Below are positions 51,467 to 64,000 of a stretch of DNA of 64,000 nt, one piece after another. Below the pieces are notes generated by a model. That model ran no database searches. It saw only the letters and a program-made list of their open reading frames with translations, and was not told where the DNA came from. The first letter of the stretch is position 1. Each line of letters begins with the position of its first letter. The position numbers were made by a program, and so were the translations under genes. Source of the stretch: Mytilus edulis (Eukaryota); the NCBI RefSeq assembly GCF_963676685.1, contig NC_092346.1, forward strand, positions 19,902,001-19,966,000, read 5' to 3'.

Positions 51467-52806
51467 GTCTGAGGTGCTGAATTTGACTGTATCCATTTAG
51501 ACAATTCAAATGTGATATTGTGTGTACATAAATAAGAATTGCAGTTGTTGTATTTTTGAGGTATTTGAAGGGTATTTTTACTTAGTTTTAGCATTAGTTA
51601 ATACAAAGAGCTGTTTAAGGTTTAATGAAGAGAAGGTGACATTGGGAACAGCATATATACAGCATGCTAGAAATATTTTGCAGAGAAATTGATTGTAAAG
51701 CCCAACTATTGAAAATATGTATTATATCATTATATACCCTTTTAATCATAATATTGACGAAGTTTTGTAGTTGTCTTTGAAAATTTAAAGGAAAAATCAA
51801 GCAGTTTCCGTTTTGACTGTCCACCAATTTCATCATTATACCTACCATTATGTGCAGTTTTAGCTTGAAAAGACTGTTGCAGCAATCATACAAAAGTGTT
51901 ATGCTCTTGTATTGTCTACTAGTGTTAAAATAGTTTATAGAGGATAACTTTAGTTGTCTTTGGAATAGAACTTTGCAGCATTTCTGTTATCCTTCACACA
52001 TATTGTTTTTTGTACAACAATACCAGTTTAATCGTAGTTGCTTGGTACCAATGTACCTTTTTGTGTTCAACTGAGACATATATTTTATCTGTTCACTGAG
52101 ATTTCAACTGAGATAATGAAATTCTTGTAGGTTTGTACAATCTTTTCATTATAAAATGCAAATAAAATCTGCTTTGATTATATTAATAATATAAAGTCTT
52201 CAGCATTTTACTATACAAATTAATCGAATTAAAAGATAACATTTTTTTAAAGGAATAAGATCTGAAAAAAAACCAAGAATAATTATGTAGGCAGCGAAAA
52301 ACCCCAGTTGTTAAAAATAAGTCTCATCGGTATGTGGATTAGGGCTTTATACTCTCAGCGACTATATTATATAACTTTATACTGTCAACACGTTGTAACT
52401 ATTTAAATAGGAAGATTGCAGTATCAAAGGCATCATTTGTTCAGTGATTGTATCTTTCAAATCTTTTTTATCGAGTCAATTAATTATACTTCACAAATAG
52501 CATACTAACCACACTAACACAAGCTGCTGAATTCTAAATATAATCCCATTGAAGCATTCACAGGATCAAATTTTGGCAAAAAGACAAAGCATTTTATTCA
52601 GGGATGTAGGTATACTTTGGTGTACAATTTTATATGTAATGTACTTAAATGCAATAAATCTGTATAGTATTTGAAAAATAATGTTCAAATGCATTATTAT
52701 ATTTGCTTCATTGATGTTTGATTATTTCACACTTTGTAATTATTGTTTTAAAAAATTTGTAGTCATGAAATACAACAATTATCAATGCAGATTATTTTCA
52801 GTGAAT
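51467..52806 (+). repeat. Diverged direct duplicate of 43080-~44822
   Basis: Collinear blocks, e.g. ggtgctgaatttgac, aattcaaatgtgatattgtgtgtacataaat, cattatacctaccattatgtgcagttt, ttttatatgtaatgtacttaaatgcaataaatctgtat. Confidence 0.85.
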
Positions 52807-53569
52807 ACTGATGTTTTGCCTTAAAACAGAGGTTACAAAAGGCTTGGTGCAGATAGGTTTCACTGCATATAGTCAATAAGTTGTAATCATGGAATCACAA
52901 GATACACATGTATACATCATGTTACTTTATTTAAACTTCATGGATTTTAGGCATTGAACATGTTGAATGATAAATTTTTGATAAGCAGTAAATGATTAAT
53001 TTCAAATTAGTATGGTTTCTTATTCAAAGATTAAATGCTTCTTTTATATCTGTAAGTGTTTGGAGAGAACATAAGATTTTTATTTACATTAAATAATGTA
53101 GTGAAGATGTTAATTTTTGTGTGTAGAGAACAGTAATTTAAGTGCTTTTTTCGATTGTTTATTGGTGTATTCTGATATTTTCACTAGGTTGTTTTCTTGA
53201 GTTCATTTACCCTGTATCCTTTTTTTTAAATTGATAAGCTGCAAAATACTTTCCACCACATACATTGTGCAATCATTTTATAGATATACTTTTTATTAAT
53301 AAAACACATGTGTATGTATGTATGTTTGTCTTATTTATATGTGAACCAAGTGGTATGTACAAGTACAAAAATATTCTTTTAATCATTGCTCAAAGGGCCG
53401 ATTCATAAAAGGTAGTGCAACGTGTGTATATGATTTTGTGGCTGTTATTCGTCGGTCTTGATGTTACTTTTAAAGCACTGACAAATTGATTTTTGTGGGA
53501 TGATAATATTGATTTAAATTCATGGGGCAAAAAATTGGAGGGCTTTTTTCATTAAAATACAGTAACAAT

Positions 53570-54225
53570 ATTTTGTCTTTAGTCTAAAAAGACATAGCGA
53601 TCCTACATTCCGGCGGCGGCGGCAGCGTCCATAAATATTCACTCTGTGGTTAAAGTTTTTGAAATTTTGATAACTTTCTGAAACTATCCTGGATTTCTAC
53701 CAAACATGGACAGAAGCATGTTTATGATCATAAGATAGTATTCAGAAGTAAATTTTGTAAAAATAAAATTCCATTTTTTCTGTACTTTACTTATAACTGG
53801 ACTTAGTTTTTCTGCCAGGAAACATTATAGTCACTCTGTGGTAAAACTTGTTTTTAAAATTTTAATAACTTTCCTAAACTCTCCTGGATATGTACCAAAC
53901 TTGGACAAAAGCTTGTTTTATGATCATAAGTTAGTATGCGGAAGTAAATTTTGTTAAAATTTTGTACCTGTTTATCTGTATTTCACTTATAAATGGACGT
54001 TGTTTTTCTTCCAGTTAACATTACATACAATCTGCTGTTCAAGTTTTAAAACATTCATTAGATTCATAAACTATCCTGGATTTTTTACCAAACTTGGACA
54101 GAAGCTTTTTTCGATCAAATGATAGTATCAAGAGGGAATTTTTTATTGATTTTTCCCTCATTTTTGTTGAGTCAGTGATTAACAGCAAAAGTAGGCGAGA
54201 CACTGTGATCCGCGTTACCCTAATG
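53570..54225 (+). mobile_element. Helentron/HINE-like element with ~192-bp internal tandem repeats
   Basis: (GGC)n microsatellite near the 5' end; units start ~53639, ~53831 and ~54030; 3' aggcgagacact + short hairpin. Confidence 0.7.
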
Positions 54226-57200
54226 TTTTTGTTTTTGTTTTTAGACCCAATCTATTGCCAGTTTAAATTAATTGATGTGTCATGATTGCAAATGAGACAA
54301 TTATCCAAATAATCTATATAAGTCACCGTACGGCCTTCGACAGTAAGCGAAACCTATATCGTATAGACAGCTACAAAAGCATGACACAACCTGGAGCAAT
54401 TCAAACAAAACAACCAGAACAATACAATAAACGAATTTTTTTTTTCATAACTTTATATTTAATCCACACAACAATTAAAATTTGATACAACAACAACAAC
54501 AATAAATAATTTATTAGAGTCTCACCTCTTTAAAACATTTGATATAAAACAGAATATAATATTAACAGATCAATTTATACAAGAGCCACTCCATGCATTC
54601 TAAAAAGAGTTATGATAGACTGTAAAACACACATTAAAATACATTTATATTACATCTAACATCTAATATATTTTAGCATAAAACATGATAAGTACTTCTT
54701 TGTTATCATGCATTTGGTCTGTTCAAAACTATATGGTAGGTTAAGTAATGTGTTTGATCATTGAAAAACAAATTATGAAACAGTGAAAAAGAAGATAAAG
54801 AAAAATCACATTCAATAATTAAAAAAAAACAATCAATAATAAGAAACATAAATTATTAAATATTGAATGTGTAAATAAACTCCAAGTCTATAGTTTGTAG
54901 TAATTATAAAAATGTTAAATGAAATTCATTTAAATGCTGGACTCCACATACTGTTTTGTGTATTAGTTCTTCTGAATGAGGTCATAACTTTTATTTTGTG
55001 CATGTAAACTACAAATTAATCTCGAAACAAAGAACAAATAACCAAAATACTTGTAAACAGAATTAATTGAAACTAAAAAATAAAGTACCCAACATGTCAG
55101 TTAGAATATTTTTGTTACGAAATCCATAAAAATAAATGAATTCACAGTGTATACCAACAGTTTGAAGGAGTTTTTTCCTTCTTATCGAGAAGGTTAATAC
55201 AACGAATGAGGATCACTGTCGGCATATCTTATGTTGCGAGAACCATGAGAGGTTGTGAAATAGATAGAGATGTAGGACGAATGTCACTAATGCTGCAGAC
55301 CCAGAATAAATTCTTTCACAACACACTTCTAATAATACTCCATATGAGTTTCTGTTCTGATAAATATTAAATTCCTCATGCAATCTCAAAATTCTTGAAA
55401 TATTAAGGCATTATTATGATAAAAACCAAGGATCTTCACAACATTGCTGCCACTTTTTATTTTATACTGGTTATTGCATTTTCCGGGCATGACCTGCAAA
55501 ATTTGGTTTTTGCCCGACTTTTATACTACTGAATAGGACAACAAATGTTGGTAAGTTACTTTAAAAAAATTCAGAAAAGGAATTGAGGCTCGGTCGATTT
55601 ATTTTTCATTTGACCTACGTTTTCCCTATCAGGGGTGTAACCCTAGTTTTCCAATTTTGACAGGTATGCAAAAACATAAGGTGTGATGATATTATAGCAG
55701 TATCAGCAGATTTCTGAATTGCAGTAATATAGTTACATAGTTACGTTTGTTTCACTTCTGTACCAAAAAAATCTAATAAATCAGACTCAATTTTTTATTA
55801 GATAAAGTGAAATATATGTATTATAGTCTGTTTAGTTCACGCATCATTGTAAATAGAACGGAATTTGAGGAGACTGTCATCAAAGTGAGAGGGTTAGCGC
55901 TATAAAACCAGGTTTAATCCACCATTTTCTACATTTGAAAATGCCTGTACGAAGTGAGGAATTTGACAGTTCTTGTCCTTTCGTTTTTGATGTGTTTTGT
56001 CATTTGATTTTGCCATGTGATTATGGACTTTCCGATTGGATTTTCCTCTGAGTTCAGTAATTTTTGTGATTTTACTTTTTAGTCATTACATGTTTTACAA
56101 ATTTTACAAATCTAGTCTATGTATTACAAATGTATTTTATTTTATAACATATGTGCAATTGATAGGATATCTTACAAATATGTCAGGATTATGCATTTAC
56201 TATTTGAGAAATCTTATCCAAATATACAGAAATTGCTATTTTGACAAAAAAAATATATAAAAAAAGGAACAAACTTTTAACATTTTAACATTCTACGTAT
56301 GAATAAAAAATATCGAGGGCGATTGCTGCTGTTAATGTTAAACAGTTATATTTACCGCCGTTATTCTAAGCGTATTCATCAGAAGAATACGTCCAACAAC
56401 TTTCCCCAACTCCTCAGATAATATGTCTCGATCGACGTGATGAAGCTTCTGTCGAAGTCTTACAGGTTTAATTTACAATTGTTTTTAAAAGTTAACAATT
56501 AAATACTATCAAAAATTCATCTAAAAGAAAAGTACAAAAAATAAAAAAAATAAAAATAATCCATCTGATGTTATCTCTTAAAGTCACATGAAACTTTAAA
56601 TCTTAAAAAAAAAGTTATGTATGATTTCTTTACTTGAATTGATGATTTTTACTATAAAGCAAGTGTACGCAATTATTTTGTAAATGAAAATCCTTTATAT
56701 ACTATAAAATCGTCATAAATGTACTGCTATTTAATTATTGTCTTCTCGTACATTGTTTCGCCGATAAGTACCCTTAAATCAAGACTTTTCGTTATATTTT
56801 CGGCCATCACACAGGGTAATTGCGAGGGGAAAATCATGATGACAGATTGTAAAGAACGTACACTGCAAGTCATCAGGTTTATTCCTTGAATGCCAACATC
56901 CTTTGATCTACCGTCAATTTACCTGTAAAATTATGTTGGCGTTCGAGGAGATTATAGGTGCAAATAGTTATCACAACAAAAGTGCATGCGTATCAAAACA
57001 ACCATACTTATTAAACAGAAAGGTAAATTACAGTTAGTCGATTCTAGTTCATGTTTGACAATTAAGTTGTTGAAAATCATTTTTTGCTGTTACTGTTTGA
57101 ACCAATTTGATCTTCTCTTACAAAATTACACCCTTTTTTATTGTAAGTGATTCATAATGTATTATTTCAATGTTTGTTGTGTTGGCAACTCATCGGAATT

Positions 57201-58323
57201 CTTGTTACCCTATTTCATTGATTTTCTTGAAATTTTGTAGAGTTGTGATTGATATTTTCATTCTTTTATCATAGCATAATATATAATTTTTTGTAGACAG
57301 CGCACACAGAAAAAAATACATATTACATAAACAAACATATTATCAGATTGACAAAAAGCACTACATATGTGATCTGGTAACAATCGTTGAATATTTTATA
57401 CAATCCATTTTTCACATTTAACAGTCTAATCATATAGTTCATATTAACTAATAAAATATTTAAAATGATATGGAATTAAATTAATCTCTAATATCCTTTT
57501 ATAAGTTGAAATAATTGTATTTAACTAGAATTTCTTTAATATTTCTGATATGGGTTATGTTGATAAACATTTTTTTAATAAAAGTAATAAAAAAGTTTTA
57601 TTTTTCTTTAATTCTTTAAAATTCATAATAATTTTAACCCAAATCTACTACTTTTTCTTATCAAATAGTGATAAAACGTTGCAATTTTATCAAGTTCTCT
57701 ATTGTTTTTTAACATTTAAATACTTATCAGATCATTTAAAAGTTATAGTAAAACACTCATTGTTCTTATATAAACATATATTGAAATATTTTTGTTGGCG
57801 TTCAAGTAATAGATAACATATAAAATGTTGGCATTCGAGGAAGACACCCACTGCAAAATAAAAAGAAAAAACTCATTCCAAAAAAAAAAACCCAACAAAT
57901 TTCATAAAACAAATCATTAAACAACTGTCAAAGAAAAGTGTAATAAAAAAAATGGGAAGGCAGGGAAAACATAAAAAAGCTCGTTCAATTCACATATGTG
58001 TTACGTGCCCCAAACTGCTTTAAATTGATTATAATTCTATCAATGTAACGATCCCGGGCGGGTAAACTTCGACAACAAACGAATTCAATGTTAATCAGCT
58101 TGAAAGAGGCAGTTATATCTTTGATAAGAAAGATATGCATTTTGACAAGAGACAATATATTCATTGATGACTATGAGCTATCATGTCTATGATGTTTTAA
58201 TTTTTCATTTGCACAACATTGTTACAAGTGTCTCTGAGGACGCTTAACATATGGCTCACGAGAGTTTTCGATTAATGTCTCTTAAATGTCTAACCCTCAC
58301 GATAGATTACAATTCTGATGGTG

Positions 58324-60279
58324 TCACATGAGACTTGACAGCCTTTGTGCTGCACTGGTTGCATTGCGATCATCAAACTCAACAACTTGGTGAAATAGTT
58401 TTTTGGCTAGGTTTGTGTCACCCATTAACTGATGTGCTATTCCACAAAAAATATATGTACACAGGAAAGAATGATGTTCTTCTTCCCTTTCACTGTTTTT
58501 AATTTTCGATTCAATTTGTTGTAAAGAATGTCTACACGATACAATATCATGAAGATGGTAGTAACACAAGAAGCTGAGAAAATGTGCAAACGCTAAAGGA
58601 TGATAAATAGTGAATATATCTGCAACATCTCGTTGTAATTCTTGAGGAATTATTGCTGACATCCAATGAAAACGAAGAGGATAAATTGTTACCGATTTTA
58701 ATACTGTATAAATCTTTTCGTTTTTCATCAGTTTCAACACATATTTTTGTGTATCATTTAATGTGTTTGTGAAACCAAATGATACAGTGTAAATTTTCTC
58801 ATCTGTGTATTTCTGCAATGCATGTTTTACAACAGTTAATGATGCCAAGTAATTCTTATGAACATAGAAGAAGGAAGCTAACATAAGCAGTACTGAAACT
58901 GCATCTGACTGTAAACCTATTAATAAATGACTGAGATCATGTTTGTACATGAAGTAGTAGTGTTTGTTTTCGGAAGTAGATTGATATTCTGAAAACTGTG
59001 AGGCAAACGCATATGCTTTTGAAATATATAAGGCAAAGATCTCTTTACATAAACCAGTTCTGGAATGATGGAGAAGATGATATTGCAGACTTTTACTAAC
59101 GTTTTCTGTTGGAAGAGGAAACAAAGCTGCCATTATTTGTTGTTCTAATATTCTATTTCCACTGGTAAAAGATTCAGTGATTTCACAAGACTTTCTTTTA
59201 TAACCTTGCAGGGTCTTAGAATATGCAAAACAATCAATTCCTTGCTCATATAAATTAGTAAGTATAGTGATAAGTTTTTCTTTGTTACTAGAAGTGAACC
59301 TCAGATAAAACAGATTGTTGTCAGGAATGAAATAATGTGACAATATTGAATATCTAACACAGTACAGCAGTCTTTCTAGACAAGCCATGAAACACGTTAT
59401 GATATTATTTGGTCTCCAGAAATTTGGGTCTGTTTCTTCTGAAAGCCAAAACATCATAGTTTTAATGAAATATGAACACAATAAACCGTTCAAGTCGTCA
59501 TGTTTCTCTACTATTTCCTTCAACACAATTTTCAACATAGCATAACATAATAATTGTGTATGACTAAAGGCAAAAATGAGAAATTTTTCTGCAACAGAAA
59601 ATGACAGTCGTCATTCTAAGTTTTCATTTATAGATCCTTTGCAGCCAATTGGAACAAAAAGCACACCACACGATATGATTTTGGAAATAATCTCAGTTGA
59701 AGGCCATGTTGTACGCGGTCTACTAACCCATGACCGTGCCTGAAATATCCATTTGTCACACTTAAGACAACTAGCCAAATCAATTGTATCCTTCATATCA
59801 GATACACATGGACCATGAATTTTGGCAAAACGTCTTAAAAAGGAAAATTTCGACGTATTGGACAGTTTATATAGTTCACTTGAAAGCACACATTCCCGAT
59901 GACTTTTTTCAAAGATATTTTGAAAAACAGTGGGAATACCATGATGATGCTTTAGAAGACATAATTGTGTAAAACAAGGCTGTGTCTCCTCAGTATTCAT
60001 AATTAAGGGAATCGTGCGACCATCACAGTTAGCTTCTGTTTCTGATTCGTACACCTTAAAGAAAGGATCAATAGTCATTATATCTAAATCACTGCCTTTT
60101 AATTTAAGCCCCTCCCCTATACTTCCACTCGTTATCTCTTGAGCTGATTTTGATTCCCCCATATAATTCAAAGTTGAAGCTAATCTCCGAATTCTCACAA
60201 CCTCTTCAGATCCAATCTTCTGGCAAAGATATTTGTAAAAAGTCCACGACTCACTTTTCTCTTTTGAAATTTTCACCAT
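58324..60279 (-). pseudogene. cGAS-like receptor (Mab-21 nucleotidyltransferase + helical/TPR-like C-terminus) with one in-frame TGA at 59611-59613
   Basis: SGSIGEGLKLKGSDLDIM catalytic motif, third acidic residue in DTIDLA, WVSRPR..WP, E*RLSFSVAEK, SYFIKTMMFW, HYFIPDNNLF; both ORFs are in one frame; acceptor ttttgtag| at 60295-60296. Confidence 0.9.
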
Positions 60280-60461
60280 TTCCCGTATGTATGTCTACAA
60301 AAGATTACAATTCAAAGATACATACAATAAAATATTATCATGATTATCAATACACTTAAGATTTGATAATTGTTCAATGATACCTATCCATGTTGTTGGA
60401 CATTTTATCAGCGCATATATTTCACATTTAATCGAAAGAAATTTCAGTTTTAGCCCAAAGT

Positions 60462-60999
60462 CATCTTCGCTAGCCAAGGGATCCACATCCGTACTCTTCA
60501 CCCTTGGCGGATTGAGCCAACATTTGTGATAACAATGTTGCGCCATCTATCGGAAGATAAAATTCACGCCCATTCCGAATACATTATTCTTGACCAATGG
60601 TAGCACTTGAACTCTTCAATTTGGAGGTAAAAACACGGTAGCGTCTAGATTCTACACACTTGGTCAAGCCGGAAATGAAAATATACATCAACATTCAGGC
60701 ATTTGTGCATGAAACATACACAGGAACTTCTATTGGTTGATTAAAAACATTCAAGTTGTCACTAAATATAGTCGTATGTTTAGGGATGTAAAGACTTGTT
60801 GCACAATAAACACGTGGTAATTGTTTACAAACACTTTATACATTTACACGTGATCATGTTATAGGCGCTTTTTGATTGAATGCAGCGAGATTTGACTGCA
60901 ACCAATAAAAATCCTTACCTTGTGTCTCCGAAATTTTATCTCAATCCGCCAAGGGTGAAGAGAGCGGGAGTGGATCGTAACCCTTAGCTAGCGAAGATG
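60462..60999. mobile_element. 538-bp MITE with 9-bp TSD in the cGLR 5' intron
   Basis: ~55-bp TIRs catcttcgctagc...cccttggcggattgag; GCCCAAAGT at 60453-60461 and 61000-61008. Confidence 0.9.
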
Positions 61000-62270
61000 G
61001 CCCAAAGTGTATTATAAGGGAAATTATCAATAATTATAATAAATACTCACACACTAAAACATTTTGCCAGCTTTTAAAGTTTAAATTGTTTTAATTTACG
61101 ATCTGCATTTGTTATCATGGAAACAATTGCTTTTGAAGTAAACTACAAAAACAACACTGGATGTTAAGCTACATTATGTGTGTGATGACTACAGTCACCA
61201 ATCCATTTACGATTTTGCTGATAAAATTTCAATCAACAAAATCTATTAAATGAAATAAATATAGATGAACCTGCACCTCAATATAGACAAGATAATGAAC
61301 ACGAACAATTTGTAATCACAACGTTATGAACAGGGAGTACATCAAGAAAGCATTACGTACGTTCACTGGAGCATAAATTAGCAATTCCATAATTGGATTG
61401 TTAGGACAAGCGGACGAACATCGCAAAGTGTATACAAAGCAAGGGTCACATCAGCATTGAAAAACGATCACTCTTGAAAGAAACCCTATTTAATGGAGAG
61501 TGTCTGTTTGACAGTTTAATTTACACGTTATCACGTCCCATCGAAATGTAAATATTTATTGAACTCGTTAACTATTAAGCTTGCAGGATAGTGAATAGCT
61601 CATTTCACCTTTCCAATCTGTTCCATTCGACCCAGGAACAGCAGGAACAGACGAATTGATAACCTGAAATACATATTATCTCCCTTATTCTGGTTGAAAT
61701 TTTTCAAACTTGGCGTAAGAAAACAACTGCATGTTATTTAATGAGGACAATAACAGTACTTCCGTACATATGGAAATCAATTAAGTTCACGATGGTATGA
61801 TTAAGGCTATTTTTTTGTAATTAAATTATCATTTTTAGGGTTATTAGTTTTGCGGGAAACAAATGGTGATTTGATGGTTGTATAGTGAGTTCACCAGAAG
61901 TAACATACAATGAGCTAGTTTTATACCTACATTAATTTTGTGATAATTAAATTTCAAATATCAAATCGACGACAGAGGTATGATTAACTAAAGGGGCATT
62001 CATTTTTCAATTTCAATATAATTTTAAAAGGCAACCGTTTTTCGGGTAACGAATGGTGATTTGATGGTTGTACAGTGAGTTCACCAGCGTTAAAGCTGGT
62101 AGCTAGTTTACTGACATTTGTGATAATTAAATTTCCATTTGATGACCTAAAATCTGTAAACACAAAGTTGTTGTCTCCGAATTCTTAACTTGTGATAAGT
62201 ATGATACAGGATGCAAAACATATTTAAATTGACTACCAAAATTAAAACCAAATAATCAAACATAAATTCG

Positions 62271-63548
62271 AGTATTATTTAAACATCTTGGAGTATTATT
62301 TAAACCTTCAGGTAGCTTTACCAAGGCAAATGAATACTTATGTAAAAAAGCAAGGAAAGCATCATTTTGCATTTATAAAACTTTGCATTCAGACAAATTA
62401 AATATATTACCAAATCTTAAATTATTTGATTCATGTGTTAAACCTATACTTCTTTATTGTAGTGAAGTTTTATGTTTAGATACTTTGTTGAAAAATAATG
62501 TTTCCATGGAGTCTAGATATTTTTTATATCAACCTGTTAAAGTACAAATTAAATTTGCTAAATATGTCTTAGGAGTTCACAAAACTGCTTCAAATTTAGC
62601 AGTTTTGGGAGAATTGGGTATGATCCCATGCTCTGTTGATGCTACTAAACTTTGTGTAGGTTACTGGCATCATATAGTCAATTCAAATCCGGATAGCTTA
62701 ATAAATAAAATTTATTCATCAAACCTTAATAATAAGTCAGACTGGTATAGAATTAAAATGAAATTGTTATTTGAAAAAGTTGGATTTGACCATGTCTGGG
62801 AAAATCAAAATTCATTTAGTAAAAATCGTTTGACTGTTTCTATATATAAAAAATTGAAAAATGATTTCATAAAATTTTGGGACCATTCTATTTCAAAAAA
62901 TATTATTGATAAAAGAGGAAATAAATTAAGAACTTACAAAGATTTGAAAAAGAAATTTGAGATGGAAGACTTTTTAAAATTAGATATAGACAGAGCTGAT
63001 ATTTCAAACTTTGTGAGAATTAGAATTAGTAATAGTATCCTTATGATTGAAAAGGGCAGACACAGAAAGATTGATTTAGAAAACAGATTATGCCCTCTAT
63101 GTAAATTTGAAGTTGAGGATGAATTACACTTCACCATAAAATGTACCAAACTCAATGAGTTGAGAATTAAATTTTTTCAGAATATTTCAGATATTTTACC
63201 ATCTTTCAATAATCTTTCAGACATAGAAAAATTTCACCTCATTTTTCGAAGTAACGATTATGATGTCAGTAAATGTTGCATAAAAGGTATTAGTGAGATG
63301 TACAAGTTCAGACGTTCACTAACTTAAGCTATTCTACGTTATTTAGTATATAAATTGTATAACTATGATGTGAAACTGTACCTCCTCAGTCAAATAGATA
63401 GATAAGAAAGAAAATATATATTACCATTTTATGTACATATAATTGATTGTAATGATTACTGTTTGTTTGTTCTTTGTGTATGTGTTGATGACAATCCAGA
63501 TTTTGGATTTTTATATCAATAAAATCTTATATCTTATATCTTATATCT
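62271..63548 (+). mobile_element. 5'-truncated RTE-X/L2-like LINE with open 3' ORF (~62275-63327)
   Basis: FKHLGV (end of RT), LFDSCVKPILLYCSE, VLGELG, CPLC..EDELHFTIKC; AATAAA plus (TCTTATA)n tail; TAAATTCG flanks both ends. Confidence 0.9.
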
Positions 63549-64000
63549 TAAATTCGTTACATTTTTTTTTACTTCTTACCTTTGAGTCTTTCTTTTCCAT
63601 CTTATTTTTTTTTATTAGCGTCTTCAGTTTATGATTCCTGTTTCCAATATTTTCTTTCTGTGACCTTGATTGTTTTGAAAGTAGATGTTGATGTCTAAAA
63701 TTATAAAGATTCTCTTAGAACTTGGATTTCCTTAAATATTAAATAGTTGTACCAGGAGAAGTAAATTAGCAACATGCTTTAAAAAGGAAATACATAGACA
63801 GAAATTTCAGGTTTTTCTTAAAGTTTTTTTCCTTAAGTCGTTCTTTGATTACCTTCCTGTTTCTTTGTAAAACCGGAGCAACTTGATATGAATATAGCAT
63901 ACACATGATACAGTTATTTACTAAAAATACTTCCTTGAACTCAAAATTTATAAATAAAGTATTTTAATCGTTGGTTAAGTTAAATGGGTTTTACACAGGA

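Noticed and set aside
57300-57830. Possible decayed LINE or coding fragment
   Set aside because: No recognisable motif could be recovered in any frame.
59611-59613. Selenocysteine codon or alternative genetic code
   Set aside because: The position aligns to Trp, not Cys; no SECIS was recognised; TGA is a true stop in nanos and at the cGLR end.

Overview
AT-rich animal genomic DNA with spliceosomal introns, very likely a bivalve of the Mytilus type (inferred from the repeat landscape and the cGLR type). Five genes are supported, and many of their exons are missing from the ORF track. (1) PDCD10/CCM3 on the minus strand, with 5 core exons plus a 48-nt symmetric extra exon; it runs off the left edge. 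(2) An intronless nanos CDS (14510-15139) with about 7 degenerate ~40-nt repeats starting at its stop codon and Pumilio-type motifs further down the 3' UTR. (3) A 479-aa type I membrane protein with signal peptide, six kelch blades, a TM helix and a short tail; an intact sense-strand hammerhead ribozyme lies between its stop codon and the first AATAAA. (4) ZFYVE21 (7 exons, 231 aa), head-to-head with the kelch gene, 151 bp between ATGs. (5) A cGAS-like receptor (Mab-21/cGLR) whose 651-codon frame is broken only by one TGA at the conserved Trp of WRLSFS. ZFYVE21 intron 2 holds a very young non-autonomous BEL/Pao LTR element (identical 167-bp LTRs, gag+protease only), nested in a hammerhead-bearing, Penelope-like inverted repeat. 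The rest is LINE fragments, hAT/Harbinger/P-like MITEs, Helitron/Helentron-type elements, local palindromes and a diverged duplication of the ZFYVE21 downstream region. All gene models were spliced by eye; no database searches were run.
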